Positions 49,101-58,833 are shown, counted from the first letter of the stretch. The stretch is 64,000 bases of DNA from Acidobacteriota bacterium (GCA_963664705.1 OY761556.1:672001-736000), one strand, 5' to 3'. A program made the numbers and translations. The notes: generated from the sequence alone by a model not told the origin.

Positions 49101-52100
49101 CAGCCGGGTGGGTGTTGGCATTAATGATGCTGGATGCAGCGCCAACTCCCTGCAGCCGGACCGGTTTCCACATAAGCAGCAGTTCATTGTAAGTGCCGGG
49201 CGGAACGACAATGAGGTCGCCGGGAGCGGCCGCATCGAGATACGGTTGAATTGTTGACCCTGGGGCCACGGCAGTGGGCGCCTTGCCGCCAATGGTGACT
49301 GTAACCGCATCGACAGACTGCTGTCCCTTTGGGAAAGCTGTGGAAGGAGCCGTTGTAATAACCAGTTCTCCGCACTGAGCTGAAGAGCCTCCGTACTGAG
49401 CCTGTTGTTGCACATCACATAACGGCACGTTACTGGGAACATTAAGCACAATGGTTGTGTCGTTCCAGGTTGTGATCTGGTTGGATGGTACGTTGACACC
49501 TCCGATGCTGACCGTTCCTTGCGTTGTCCCGAAGCCGTAGTGACGACTGACTGTTTTTTGATTGAAGGGAGTCGTGTGTGCGGCGGGACCGGAGTAGCCG
49601 TAGTTGTTGACTATCTGATCGCCCAGTGCCGTGATTGTAATGCTATGACCGGCGGCGCTTACCCAGGGTCCCGTCCGGGCAGGGAAGCTTCCCTCCGTCG
49701 ATGTGTTGACAACCGAACTGATCGCGGGAGTGGATGCAGGAAATGCACAATCGGGGTTGTTGTATCCGGCGCCGACAAAGCCCGAGGTTGGCACTACGGG
49801 CGTGTCCATATACTGCGTTTGTCCCGGCATGAATGGGATTTCATAACAGAACTGACTATATCCCGGATTAAACAACGGATCCGTTATGGTCTGTCCCGGA
49901 TGCGCCGGATCAGCAATGGGTCCGGCATCGTTCATGCACGTTACCATCATGGTTGGCGCATAACCAGTCGGGTTGGGTGGATTTACTTCCCAGGTCGAGT
50001 AGGTAATGCCGTCATAGGATCCCCACTGATCGGAGTAGGTGCGGGAAATTTCATTGTAGTTGAAATCTCTGATGGAAACGGGAAGGTTCGCCGGCGAGAA
50101 TTTTTCGCCGAACGACGGGGAGAAGGGATCAAATTCCGAAGTGAAATCATCCGTGATGATCCCGGTAAAATGTGCGGCGGCATGGGTCGAGGTGAAAATA
50201 TAGAATTTCGCCAATGCGGAAGCTTGATCTGTGAGCGTCACCTCTTTGCGATCGCACAGGTTTCGTGTCGCACCCGCGAATGGAGCAACTTCCCTGGATT
50301 GCGGGAAAAGGCTGATGTAATCCGGAACGACGCGAGGCTCGCCTACACATGGCCAGAAGCTCTCAACACTGCCTGTATCCCCCTCATGTCTGGGGAAAGC
50401 GCCCAAATCCGTTGTCGGGTTCTGGGCATTGCTGGCATTGTACGATGCCGCCACTGCCGCCTGATCGGGTAGGATAAAAATGTTGGCCAGCGGGCCAAAC
50501 TGTTGTGTGACTGGCGCGATGTAGTTGTCGCCGATGAGTATGTTTTTGTCTTCTTCTTTCACCAGTTCGTATCCCGGAGGTACTACAATTTCCACAACAT
50601 ATTTGCCTGCCGGCAGCATGGGAAGTCCATGCCGATATGGATCCGTTGTGTCCGGATCGGGTATGCATACGGTCGGGTCGCAGTTTGTTCCGGTGGGTCT
50701 TCCCGTGTTGGGATCGAGACCGGTTACACTGGGGAATTGATACATCCCATCGTAGGGCGCAGGTTGCACCTGGTTCCAGTTGTGCATGCCGTCATAGCAT
50801 TTGAACTGAGAGTTGTTGGGCATGGCGTGAGCCGGAATACCGCTGTTGCCATACATGTCGAGCCACATTGGCTGGTTGTACAGCGAGAAGAAGAAGAGAT
50901 CGCCCGCGGAACCTGATGTTGGTGCCGGTTGCTGTCCCGGGCAGTTCATATAGGGCTTATTGGTCCCCGGGTAAAATCCCTGGGCCCAATCATCCCAACT
51001 GCTGGTTTTTGTGGTGTCAATCAGCTTGAGGCTTTTGCTCCCATCCGGCGCAGTCCCTTCCTGATACAAATTGATGGTGACTCCCGGGACGAGCGGTTCC
51101 CAACTGGTCTGCAATAGCAATTGCGGATCGTCAAAGGGACGGGTAGAGGCATACACTACGTGGCCCCTGATGCCGCCATTTTCTCCTACGGCATAGGGCT
51201 TTTTGCCGAATTCGATGAAACTGTTCTGGCCGGAAAAGCCCTGCCACCCTTCGCTTGTAACCCAGGGAGGGTCAATTCTCCCGGTAGATAACGTGCGGGT
51301 ACAGGTCGTTACCCCGGTTGTGGCATTGGTGGTACAGGTGCTGGGAGCGTCGCTGGCATTGCTGCCGTTTACCCCGCTGATCGACTTGCCAATGCAATCC
51401 GCGCCTGCGCAATACACGGCACCGGGCACTCTCAGCGCTGTCGGCAGGGATACCTGCTCCACAGTGTTGGCCATTTTCTGGCCGATGGAGGAATTGCCGC
51501 AGGGTGCAGTGGGTGGGTTTGAGGCCGAACCGCATGGAGTCCCATCGGCCGGTCCGCCCGCATCGTAAACCACATGGGTTCCGGTGTTCTTATAGCGGGT
51601 TGCATCTGTTTCAATGACATACCAGCTGAATAGCGGGAACACTTCATTGAAGCCGGCATTCCCATCCAAATCCGTGTTGTTGAAGTTTGAAAAACTCCCA
51701 TCCCGGAACCGGATGTTGGTGGGAACCAAAGTAAGTCCGTTTTCGTTACTGTCGCGCAATCCATTGCCGTTGGAATCAATAAAGGTATTGGTGTAAATAT
51801 TCGCTTGCCACTGATTGGTGGCTATCTGTCCCAGGTTGCCGGAATTTGCGACGGTGTGATCAAGTTTGACTGGTGTCGACAGGCCGTCCACAAGCATGTC
51901 ATTCCATTGATCAAAAACTGTGACTCTCCAATTGCCATCCGGAAGACCCGGAATGTTGAAGGATCCGTCTCCTGCGCATTTGGCAAACGCAAAGTCTTCG
52001 CCATCCGGATCTCCGATGCTCACATAACATTGTGTGAAGGCAAAACTGCTGTTGTCTCCGCTGCTGTAAAGCCGCTCATCGGGTGTTCGGCTCATGCGTT

Positions 52101-55100
52101 CGGTGGTGATACTGCCACTCAATGTGTTGGTGCAGCTTGTGCCGGTGATTGTCGGGTCAGTCCCCGCACACACCCCCTTCAATCGCCCATTGATGATGGT
52201 TGGATTGGCAAAGCCTATCGATACGTGGTATCCGGCCGGTCCGTATTCTTGAAAGTAGGCCGGCTCTCCGATGCGAAGGAAAGAATCGTGAGCCTTCTGT
52301 CCATCCAGCGTGTTGGTTTGCATCCATTCTTCACCGCGCGCGATCCTGTCCGCCCCTGGAGTGGCAACCACTCCATATCTTCCGGGCATAAGATTTGCAA
52401 TGACTGCTTGCCCGGCCAAAGGCGATAGCGTTGTCCCGTCAGATTCGTATCGCGGACATGTGACAATCATGCCCGTAATGCCTTTTTGACTTCCGTTGCC
52501 GCCGGTTGCGTTGGCGGTGACTTTGGTGGAAATGGGACAGGCATCTTTTCCGGTTGCCGGGTCGATTGTTCCAGCAAGACTGTTCGACAACGGCATATTG
52601 AACATGTCATAGGTCATTTGCCCCGTGGCATCACCGGTGCCTCCGGCATCGTCAAAGAGAACAATGTTGAATCCACCCAGCCCCGGTTCGTTACTGGCAA
52701 GAACATCAATGCCGCCTCCGGCATCCTGCTCGCCGTTGAGCGGGAAATCGTCTTCAAATACCTGGACCGACAACTTGGCGGGCTGAAAAGGAGTGGGATT
52801 TGTAAGCACCGTAACGCTCGTTTGCCCCGCAGCAATAGGAGCGCCGCCCATGGCATGCCCACTCTGGGCATTTCCGGTGTTAAATGGATTGGCGGCGTCT
52901 CCCGGCAATATTGAAATGTAGTAGCGCTTGGTTGGATCGAGATGAACTTGACTGGGGTTGACCGGGGACTGTTGCGCCGCACCGGTTCGACAACTTCCGT
53001 TGCCGACGTCGCACACTGCCGGTAACCCCTGAAGCGTCTGTCCCGATTCGCATGCTATGGTGCCAATGCATCCCTGTGCGACTACCGGCATGTAGCTCGT
53101 GTGAAAGTTGGTTCCAAGCGTAGGAACAATTCCGGTCACGCCCTGTCCCGGGATACTTGCAGTCGGGCAGCCGGCGGGCGGCGGATTTACCTGGCATTTG
53201 GGATCGACATAGAAGGTGCGATCCTCTTCAATGATCCAGCGATAATCCGTCACGGGAGTGCTTTTGTTGGCACCGTCCAAAACGGTCACATTGAGACCGC
53301 TTGCCGTCGGGAATATTAGTGTCACGGTTGCGGCCACAGAGCTCACGGTTCCCTGCGAGTTTTGTGCAAAGTAGGAGAACGTATAGCTTCCAGAAGCGCT
53401 GACGGCAGCGGTGAAGCCGCCGTTGGAATCCACTGTAATCGTTCCCGAACCAGGACCGGAAAGGGTTGTTACACCTGCAGAATTGTACACTTTGAGCGGA
53501 TATCCCGCGGCGTCTTTATCCGCCGACAGGATCCCCGGAGGATTGATGCGGATGCCGGAGGCCAGATTGGAGGTGTAGGTGGCGTTCTGCATCAGGATGC
53601 CCGCGGCACTTTCAATAGGCGCCGGGCCTAATGTAACCGTTGTGCAGAGACCGCCCGCCGTTGCCCCGTTTGCGCAATATCCAAAAGCATCCGATGTCGC
53701 GGTTCCGGAGGGTATGTAAGTAAATGTGCCATTCTTGTTGAGGGTTACAGTGCCGCTGGCTGCCGGAGTCGATATCTGAACTCCATAGACATTGATATCG
53801 TTGGCGATCACGCCTCTGGAAGGATCCGACACTGTGAAGGTTTGCCCCGCAATCAGGGAATTGTAGGTGTCTGGTGTGACCGTAGCGGCAAACGTGTTTG
53901 GCAGCGTTGAACCGGGGATTCCGGTTGTCGAGCCTCCTCCGGCATTGGTAGTGCCGGCCAGATTTCCATTGATGCTTATATAGGCCAGCATCCCGCCGTC
54001 GCGTGCGGTAGAGTTGCCGGATAGACTCAGTTGGCGATCAAACACCGGGAGTGCCCGCATGGTGCACGTTGTCCCCGGAGTCGCAGGAGTGCATGTGGCT
54101 GGGCCGTCTATCATCACATCAAATGTTTTGCCTGCAGCCATGAAAACATCGCTTTGCACTCGGCCTGATCCAGGCAGGGTATTGCCGTCTTCGGCCATCA
54201 GTGTGAAGCCCGGACTTGATCCGGTGGAAGCCCCTACGATGGAGGGAACATGCATGCGCAATCCCGCATTGACCATGCGCACCAGGACACTGCCTGCGGC
54301 GCCTGTAACAGGCAGACTGGCAAAATTGGAAATAGCGGGATTGTTCTTATCAAAGGCCACTCCGTTGATCAGGTAATACAAAGGAGTATAGTTCACGGCT
54401 GGCGGATAGCACTGGTGATAAGTCGAGGAACTGGGATTGCCGCATCCCCCCGGTTGACCTGACCAGACCATGGTTTCGCTGAAGTTGGCCGTGTTCACCG
54501 CGGCATTCACAGCTGCATTTTGTACAGGATCGATTTCACTAAAGAGCAGCGGTATTTCCTGGTTGTACACAACCGCCGGATTACTGCCGGAGGCAGGATA
54601 GGCTGTGCCGGGGTTTGATCCGGCCGGTGCCGAAGTGACCACAACCATTCCATATAATCCCATGGGTCCCTGAATGGATGGGTGGGTGCCGGACTCGAGA
54701 AGGTACGTGCCCGGCCGCAAACTGCTCCATGTCAATGCGGTTGTCTGACCTGTCGCCACTTCGGTTGAGAAAGATTGAATGCGAGGGCTTTGTGCTGGCG
54801 GTGATGCTGAGACACCGGTGTTTGCAATCGGCCATGTGGCATTTGCCTGAGCATTCGTATGGCTTGGGCTGGGCGTGTAGGTCGCAGCGCTTCCCAAGCC
54901 CGCTCCGATCTGCCCCACAATTACCAGCGAGGTCGGAATACCCGCCAGGGCTCCCGGTGGAACAGGCAGGCTATTTGTCAAATTAACGGTCAGGCCTTGT
55001 CCGGTTGGAACGGTAATAACAACGGGAGACCAGTTCGTAGTTCCCTGGTTCAGTTTTGCGCATGTTGCCGTTGATCCGGTTACGGCGGGTCCGCAGCTAT

Positions 55101-55263
55101 ATCCCCACATGGGTACGGCTGAACCATCGGGCAAGGTAATGCTCGTGGTTGTGGCCGTCATGTTCACCTGTTGTTGTGCTTCTGCCGCAAGTGTTCCAAT
55201 GAACAGGAAAACAGCAGCCAGTGTCGCAATGCTCCAGTTTGTCCTTAATGCTCTCGATCCCAT
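46126..55263 (-). CDS. 3045-aa secreted multidomain protein: two degenerate cupredoxin domains, Ig/cadherin-like and SdrD-B-like modules, beta-helix, choice-of-anchor-Q-like segment, two IPT/TIG-like repeats
   Basis: Signal peptide. Cupredoxin landmarks (PMWGY, VNLTNSL, GPMGLYG, YYLINGV, VRMVNAG, DGGMLAYI) lack the His/Cys ligands. Also DSNGNGLRDSNE, Asn/Gly-rich NN...GGGI helix repeats, DFFGNPRP...DAGAIE and two PxLxxISPA...VTLTGTNLTGAT repeats. Confidence 0.85.
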   Translation of the reverse strand: MGSRALRTNWSIATLAAVFLFIGTLAAEAQQQVNMTATTTSITLPDGSAVPMWGYSCGPAVTGSTATCAKLNQGTTNWSPVVITVPTGQGLTVNLTNSLPVPPGALAGIPTSLVIVGQIGAGLGSAATYTPSPSHTNAQANATWPIANTGVSASPPAQSPRIQSFSTEVATGQTTALTWSSLRPGTYLLESGTHPSIQGPMGLYGMVVVTSAPAGSNPGTAYPASGSNPAVVYNQEIPLLFSEIDPVQNAAVNAAVNTANFSETMVWSGQPGGCGNPSSSTYHQCYPPAVNYTPLYYLINGVAFDKNNPAISNFASLPVTGAAGSVLVRMVNAGLRMHVPSIVGASTGSSPGFTLMAEDGNTLPGSGRVQSDVFMAAGKTFDVMIDGPATCTPATPGTTCTMRALPVFDRQLSLSGNSTARDGGMLAYISINGNLAGTTNAGGGSTTGIPGSTLPNTFAATVTPDTYNSLIAGQTFTVSDPSRGVIANDINVYGVQISTPAASGTVTLNKNGTFTYIPSGTATSDAFGYCANGATAGGLCTTVTLGPAPIESAAGILMQNATYTSNLASGIRINPPGILSADKDAAGYPLKVYNSAGVTTLSGPGSGTITVDSNGGFTAAVSASGSYTFSYFAQNSQGTVSSVAATVTLIFPTASGLNVTVLDGANKSTPVTDYRWIIEEDRTFYVDPKCQVNPPPAGCPTASIPGQGVTGIVPTLGTNFHTSYMPVVAQGCIGTIACESGQTLQGLPAVCDVGNGSCRTGAAQQSPVNPSQVHLDPTKRYYISILPGDAANPFNTGNAQSGHAMGGAPIAAGQTSVTVLTNPTPFQPAKLSVQVFEDDFPLNGEQDAGGGIDVLASNEPGLGGFNIVLFDDAGGTGDATGQMTYDMFNMPLSNSLAGTIDPATGKDACPISTKVTANATGGNGSQKGITGMIVTCPRYESDGTTLSPLAGQAVIANLMPGRYGVVATPGADRIARGEEWMQTNTLDGQKAHDSFLRIGEPAYFQEYGPAGYHVSIGFANPTIINGRLKGVCAGTDPTITGTSCTNTLSGSITTERMSRTPDERLYSSGDNSSFAFTQCYVSIGDPDGEDFAFAKCAGDGSFNIPGLPDGNWRVTVFDQWNDMLVDGLSTPVKLDHTVANSGNLGQIATNQWQANIYTNTFIDSNGNGLRDSNENGLTLVPTNIRFRDGSFSNFNNTDLDGNAGFNEVFPLFSWYVIETDATRYKNTGTHVVYDAGGPADGTPCGSASNPPTAPCGNSSIGQKMANTVEQVSLPTALRVPGAVYCAGADCIGKSISGVNGSNASDAPSTCTTNATTGVTTCTRTLSTGRIDPPWVTSEGWQGFSGQNSFIEFGKKPYAVGENGGIRGHVVYASTRPFDDPQLLLQTSWEPLVPGVTINLYQEGTAPDGSKSLKLIDTTKTSSWDDWAQGFYPGTNKPYMNCPGQQPAPTSGSAGDLFFFSLYNQPMWLDMYGNSGIPAHAMPNNSQFKCYDGMHNWNQVQPAPYDGMYQFPSVTGLDPNTGRPTGTNCDPTVCIPDPDTTDPYRHGLPMLPAGKYVVEIVVPPGYELVKEEDKNILIGDNYIAPVTQQFGPLANIFILPDQAAVAASYNASNAQNPTTDLGAFPRHEGDTGSVESFWPCVGEPRVVPDYISLFPQSREVAPFAGATRNLCDRKEVTLTDQASALAKFYIFTSTHAAAHFTGIITDDFTSEFDPFSPSFGEKFSPANLPVSIRDFNYNEISRTYSDQWGSYDGITYSTWEVNPPNPTGYAPTMMVTCMNDAGPIADPAHPGQTITDPLFNPGYSQFCYEIPFMPGQTQYMDTPVVPTSGFVGAGYNNPDCAFPASTPAISSVVNTSTEGSFPARTGPWVSAAGHSITITALGDQIVNNYGYSGPAAHTTPFNQKTVSRHYGFGTTQGTVSIGGVNVPSNQITTWNDTTIVLNVPSNVPLCDVQQQAQYGGSSAQCGELVITTAPSTAFPKGQQSVDAVTVTIGGKAPTAVAPGSTIQPYLDAAAPGDLIVVPPGTYNELLLMWKPVRLQGVGAASSIINANTHPAGITKLDPWRRSVNCLFGLALNGQPRTNANPFDSTGAFGCPDGTGNSQPGPNGNTWSYFSGGPSFPFMAVDRLPREGIVGWDTTLNGNLAEMLQEPSLMGAYEGAAITVLSKGVNIPQGAADVFGSGAEADFPAGSTLLSGQGTASGIFLSGDTNPICKSSSGGSNPYPSNFQCNPSSIDGLGITNSSQGGGGILVHGWAHNLQIANNQVNNNAGTLSGGISIGQGEFTDAYLAPNSGVIAPGSCQDSTVTNTQLPYCFFLHTNVHNNSIFNNSSTGDELFTATPAGAGGASFTTGADYYRFNNNWVCGNLSTGDGGGLGHLGFIYNGDIEHNTFLFNQSINPTIPTNGGGIIVMGAPPDGTQIVNGVATECGTVTDVDCVPGLGDGAGPGLVINANLIMGNGAESGSGGGLRFQAVNGTEVARFPGAPASWYSVAVTNNILANNVAGWDGGGISLEDSLAVNIVNNTIMSNDSTASAGVLFNTLGAPLASSQSPPANCPGQANGTGSCPQPAGLVSLQNSPQLVSSFAGIGPITCPAGHYSGTATNGTCTKISYPLLYDNIFWQNRTFDIHVGGLGTGALNQQNVVALLNGLTGTAPASQTATGQCVNGSNYWDIGVRGDTGPANHSSGFTLNAQWSLLTSIAGYNGHNANSNPSVIRQYCNGARVPPENGGLGYQVPPGISDATVPNPIFSLTPAATVDEGNNWINMSWGPLSLVNPVTNAVLGNYSLQSGSSAIDFVECSNANAAAVGCQVIPDGNGPTITAPRTDFFGNPRPDPGANPHTTDAGAIEIQGSAAGGGGNTAPTLTSISPASGTRGSSVPVTLTGTNLTGATSVTVSGSGPNAITVTNLVVVNATTATATFVIPIGNNGGQGTRTVSITTPGGTSNTLNFTVTAPPAPALSAISPATHARNGVAFNVTLTGTNLTGATAVNVSGSGVTVGALAVSANGTTITTTFTIATNANINGSNATRNVSVTTPGGSGGNVSFTITP

Positions 55264-55276
55264 TCGCTCTTCTCCT

Positions 55277-56935
55277 TCAATTTGTCTCGTCTATGACAAA
55301 TTCCCGGGAGTCAACCAGCATCATCATCAACATGCCGCCAGGGAAAATGTTGTTGGTCGTGATTTCGCGTTCGTTATGTGAGTGCCACATAAATGCGAAT
55401 CCAGCTTCTGAGGAGGGATTGTTGGCAATGGTTCCGGATGGGGGCGTTGTTCCTGTTGTAGCGCAGTTGTTTCCGGCGCAGGTTCCGTAAGTCGCGCGGG
55501 TGGTTGCGTCCGGACCCAGATAGGGACTGCCGCCGAACCAGGGCCCATTGGTTAACAGATTCGGATCAGGCAGGGTCATAGGTCCGCCTGCGCCCACATC
55601 ACCGAAAGGAGCCTTCTCCATTGGCTTGTTGTGGTCCTGGCACCATTCGTAGTAATTGATCGCCGTCGGATTCCCGGTGTTATATCCATTTGCATCAGGC
55701 GTGCAGGGAAGCTTGGCATTAGGATCGCTGGAGCCCGGCGTATGGCCGTACATATCCCAGTTCAATCCCTTTCCCGTGTAGTAGAAGATTCCATCCATTG
55801 CCTGACCGGGAGTAGTCGTTGTGGTAAACAATAACGGCCCTGCGAGAGCTTGAGTCGCGGCGCTTGAGCCGGCATAAGTGATTGTGGAGCTACTGAGGAG
55901 TAGATTGCCATCGCGTGCAAGAATGCGCACATGGTTGCCATGTTCATGGAAGGGATGCTGCCATCGTCCCTGCCCTACAATCCGAAGCAGAACCAACTCT
56001 CCAGGGTGCATATGTGGATCCCCGTTGTAGGGCTGATGGGGATATTGGATCGCATAATTAGCATCCATGTCGTCGGGCATCGAACGTCCGTTGATCATGA
56101 AATATGCAGGGTGATATGGTTCTGTTGCGATGTTGAGGCTGCATCCCGTGGCACCGGCCACGCAAGCGCCCAGTGCTGTTACCTGTGCCAAGGCTTGACT
56201 GTGAATGTCAGGATCGATCTCCGAGAATTGGAATAGGTATTCCCTGTCATAGCAAGTGTCGGGATGGTTGTAGGCGGCCTTGGTCAATCGAAAATCCTTT
56301 TCCCCCCAAAACGCTTCTGCCTGGAGATTTTTGGCAGCCAGTGTTCCGGTTGCGGTGCAGTTTTGCGGAATGGAATTTGGGAGCACAATGATCGCGCCGT
56401 ACAGGCCCATCTCAATCTGAAGGTCGCCCTGGGTTCCGCTGTAATAGGAGCGAGTCCCCGGCGTGGTGGCAGTGAATGTATAGGTGACGGTTCCACCCGG
56501 CGCGGCCTCCTGCGTCAGAAGTCCGGCCACGCCGCCGCTGGTGGATACCGCAAAACCCGGGAACAGGATCGATGTGTTTCCGGCCGAACTCGGCAGATTG
56601 TTGTGCAAGGTAATCGATACTGACTGCCCTTGATTGACAATCAGAGTGGGGCCCGGGACTTGCATGGCGCCGCAAAACGGATTGTTGGCCAGGTTCGCGG
56701 GGAGATAACCGGACGGCGTACTGTTGCAGCCATAGCCCCATGAATAAACGGACTGACCATCCGGCTGGCTGATATAGGCGTCCTGGGCCGTCAAATCGAA
56801 AGTACCTGCCGCGCTGGTTCCGGTTATGCCGGGGACTGCCGAATACGCTGGTGGCGTGAGGAGCAGGGCGGCTGTCAGGATGGTCAAAGCCAGTATCCAG
56901 GGGTATTCTTTTTTTATTCGCATCACTTTCATCAC
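55277..56935 (-). CDS. Two-cupredoxin-domain multicopper-oxidase-like protein with Cu ligands only in domain 2
   Basis: Domain 1 is degenerate (TSILFPG, YYSGTQ...MGLYG). Domain 2 has HPFHEH and WHSH with no T1 Cys. Confidence 0.85.
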   Translation of the reverse strand: MMKVMRIKKEYPWILALTILTAALLLTPPAYSAVPGITGTSAAGTFDLTAQDAYISQPDGQSVYSWGYGCNSTPSGYLPANLANNPFCGAMQVPGPTLIVNQGQSVSITLHNNLPSSAGNTSILFPGFAVSTSGGVAGLLTQEAAPGGTVTYTFTATTPGTRSYYSGTQGDLQIEMGLYGAIIVLPNSIPQNCTATGTLAAKNLQAEAFWGEKDFRLTKAAYNHPDTCYDREYLFQFSEIDPDIHSQALAQVTALGACVAGATGCSLNIATEPYHPAYFMINGRSMPDDMDANYAIQYPHQPYNGDPHMHPGELVLLRIVGQGRWQHPFHEHGNHVRILARDGNLLLSSSTITYAGSSAATQALAGPLLFTTTTTPGQAMDGIFYYTGKGLNWDMYGHTPGSSDPNAKLPCTPDANGYNTGNPTAINYYEWCQDHNKPMEKAPFGDVGAGGPMTLPDPNLLTNGPWFGGSPYLGPDATTRATYGTCAGNNCATTGTTPPSGTIANNPSSEAGFAFMWHSHNEREITTNNIFPGGMLMMMLVDSREFVIDETN

Positions 56936-56942
56936 CGCTCTC

Positions 56943-58544
56943 CTAATTGATGTGGATCTCGGTCATCAGACCGCCGAAATTCTCCGCGTCGTTAGACAGG
57001 TGATCGAGGTTTGGGGTGTAAAGAAAGAAAACGCTGCCCGGGGGATACATCGTTGTGTCGGTTGCATCCAGGATTGCGTCAAGGGACTCTCCGCCGCCAA
57101 GCGTGATGGAATTGGTTTTATAGGACATGTTGTTCCCAGCCTGATCCCTCAGCAGCTTGGCGTTGTATCCAATGACAGTCATTGGGATCCCCAGGGAAGC
57201 CAGCGTCTGATACTCGCTGACGTCGAGATCGGAGATCCGCAGCAGAGCCTTTTTTCCTGCAGGAATGTTGATAATGGATGGGAGTGGTTGTGAATAATGC
57301 ATCGCTCCATCCGAGGAAACGGTTGCCAACGGTCCAGCCGTTACCGTGTCAGGATAGCTCCGCCCGTTCAGAAGAAAGTATTTGTCCTTCATATCGGCGA
57401 ACCCTTCAGGGTTAAAGGTCATTCCAACGAAGTGAAAATTGGGATCAAATCCGTGGATCTGGATCGGGTATTCCACATCATAGTAGGTAGAACCATCGCC
57501 ATCGTTATAGGCGTATTTCCCTCCTCCGGTCGCGCTTGTCTGCGCCGCAGGCAATGGATTGCTGCACAGAATATCTTCTGTGGAATCGCATTTTGTGCGA
57601 TTGTCCAGTTGCTGTTGCTGCAGGCCGGCAAACAGAGTGGTGGTGCTTGGGACGCGATTCTGCCGTGGCCTTACGAAGAGCTGGCCGACCATGCCCATCT
57701 GCAGGTGCTCCGGGGGCGTGATGTGGCAGTGCCAGAAATAGGTGCCGGCATCCGGCGCCAGGTAGTAATACGTGAAGCTGGCACCGATATTGATTGCAAC
57801 GGAAGCATCGGGAACACCGTCGTAGAAGGCGGAGGCATTGGGATAGCCGTGAAAGTGGACTGTATGCTGCTCGAATAGATCGGGCCGCATGATCATCCCT
57901 ACATTAGTGAGAGTCAGAAAGAACTCGTCATCTTCATCGATTGCCATGAGTGGCGCCGGTATATTTCCGTTCATCACCCCCACATCCATAATCGGACGCG
58001 GATCCACATGCCCATTGATAGTAGGGTTGCCTGCAGTATCGATGTTTTCAGAGTAGGTATCCGGGGTTAAGCCGACCGCGCCATTGTAGGTAAATGCTCC
58101 CAGCGTGCCGGGTGAGGCTCCGCTTGAGGCTCCGTTTGTTGTGGCAGGGTCACCGGGTTGCAGCGATCCAGGCGATACCGTGTTGAACGTACTGGGAAAC
58201 TGGGTGCCAGGTAGTCCGTTGGCAATATCTGCAAGCCCTGACAAAGGTCCAAAAGAGAACATGTATGTCTGGGTGCCGTCTCCCATCGTGGCGTATCCGT
58301 CACCGCCGGAAATCTGCTGACACTTAATTGCGCCATTGATATTTGCGGGAGTTGATGGATATCCATTGGTACCGGCATAGGTCGGGCCGGTGTATGCCGG
58401 TTCCGCATTGTTTGCAGCTGCATTGGGATGGGTGATGGTGGTACTGGGGCATTGCACCCTAAATGACTGGGCACTCACTACCCCGGACAGAAGAAACAAC
58501 AAAGCCAGGGATAGACCAAGTCGATGCTGCCTATTCGGGATCAC
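56943..58544 (-). CDS. Two-cupredoxin-domain multicopper-oxidase-like protein with Cu ligands only in domain 1
   Basis: Domain 1 has HTVHFHG and YFWHCHITPPEHLQMGM (complete T1 site). Domain 2 is degenerate (YQTLASLG, LYTPNLDHL...GGLM). Confidence 0.88.
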   Translation of the reverse strand: MIPNRQHRLGLSLALLFLLSGVVSAQSFRVQCPSTTITHPNAAANNAEPAYTGPTYAGTNGYPSTPANINGAIKCQQISGGDGYATMGDGTQTYMFSFGPLSGLADIANGLPGTQFPSTFNTVSPGSLQPGDPATTNGASSGASPGTLGAFTYNGAVGLTPDTYSENIDTAGNPTINGHVDPRPIMDVGVMNGNIPAPLMAIDEDDEFFLTLTNVGMIMRPDLFEQHTVHFHGYPNASAFYDGVPDASVAINIGASFTYYYLAPDAGTYFWHCHITPPEHLQMGMVGQLFVRPRQNRVPSTTTLFAGLQQQQLDNRTKCDSTEDILCSNPLPAAQTSATGGGKYAYNDGDGSTYYDVEYPIQIHGFDPNFHFVGMTFNPEGFADMKDKYFLLNGRSYPDTVTAGPLATVSSDGAMHYSQPLPSIINIPAGKKALLRISDLDVSEYQTLASLGIPMTVIGYNAKLLRDQAGNNMSYKTNSITLGGGESLDAILDATDTTMYPPGSVFFLYTPNLDHLSNDAENFGGLMTEIHIN

Positions 58545-58815
58545 GCAAACCTCCTTTCGACGGCAATAGCCGCCTTCGCATTACGTGCGTGTCGGAACAA
58601 GTGGTCCGTATGCAACGGCTCGAAGGGGATGGCAGCAGGAGATCGCCGCGTTGCTGTTTTATCCCTGCCGGGTTGTCTGAACTGAGACAGGTTCTCAAGC
58701 TAGAACTCCTTGCCGTACGGCAGTCGCTCCCTTGGCCAAACCGAGCTCAATAGAGCTGACATGCTCCTGAGAGCATGTTCATTGGGGTAAATGTAGGAGG
58801 ATTTGCGTGATTGTG

Positions 58816-58833
58816 GTGTTCACTATTGAACAC
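58816..58833. promoter_or_regulatory. Palindromic operator-like site GTGTTCA-CTAT-TGAACAC
   Basis: Perfect 7-4-7 inverted repeat about 270 bp upstream of the first gene of the copper-oxidase cluster. Confidence 0.7.

Noticed and set aside
55277-58544. The two small oxidase genes as pseudogenes or one frameshifted gene
   Set aside because: Each has its own RBS, signal peptide and two full cupredoxin domains, and the ligand loss is precisely complementary.
56943-58544. Copper nitrite reductase (nirK)
   Set aside because: It has HCH and HxH in domain 1 as in two-domain oxidases, and no NirK-type domain-2 motif could be identified.
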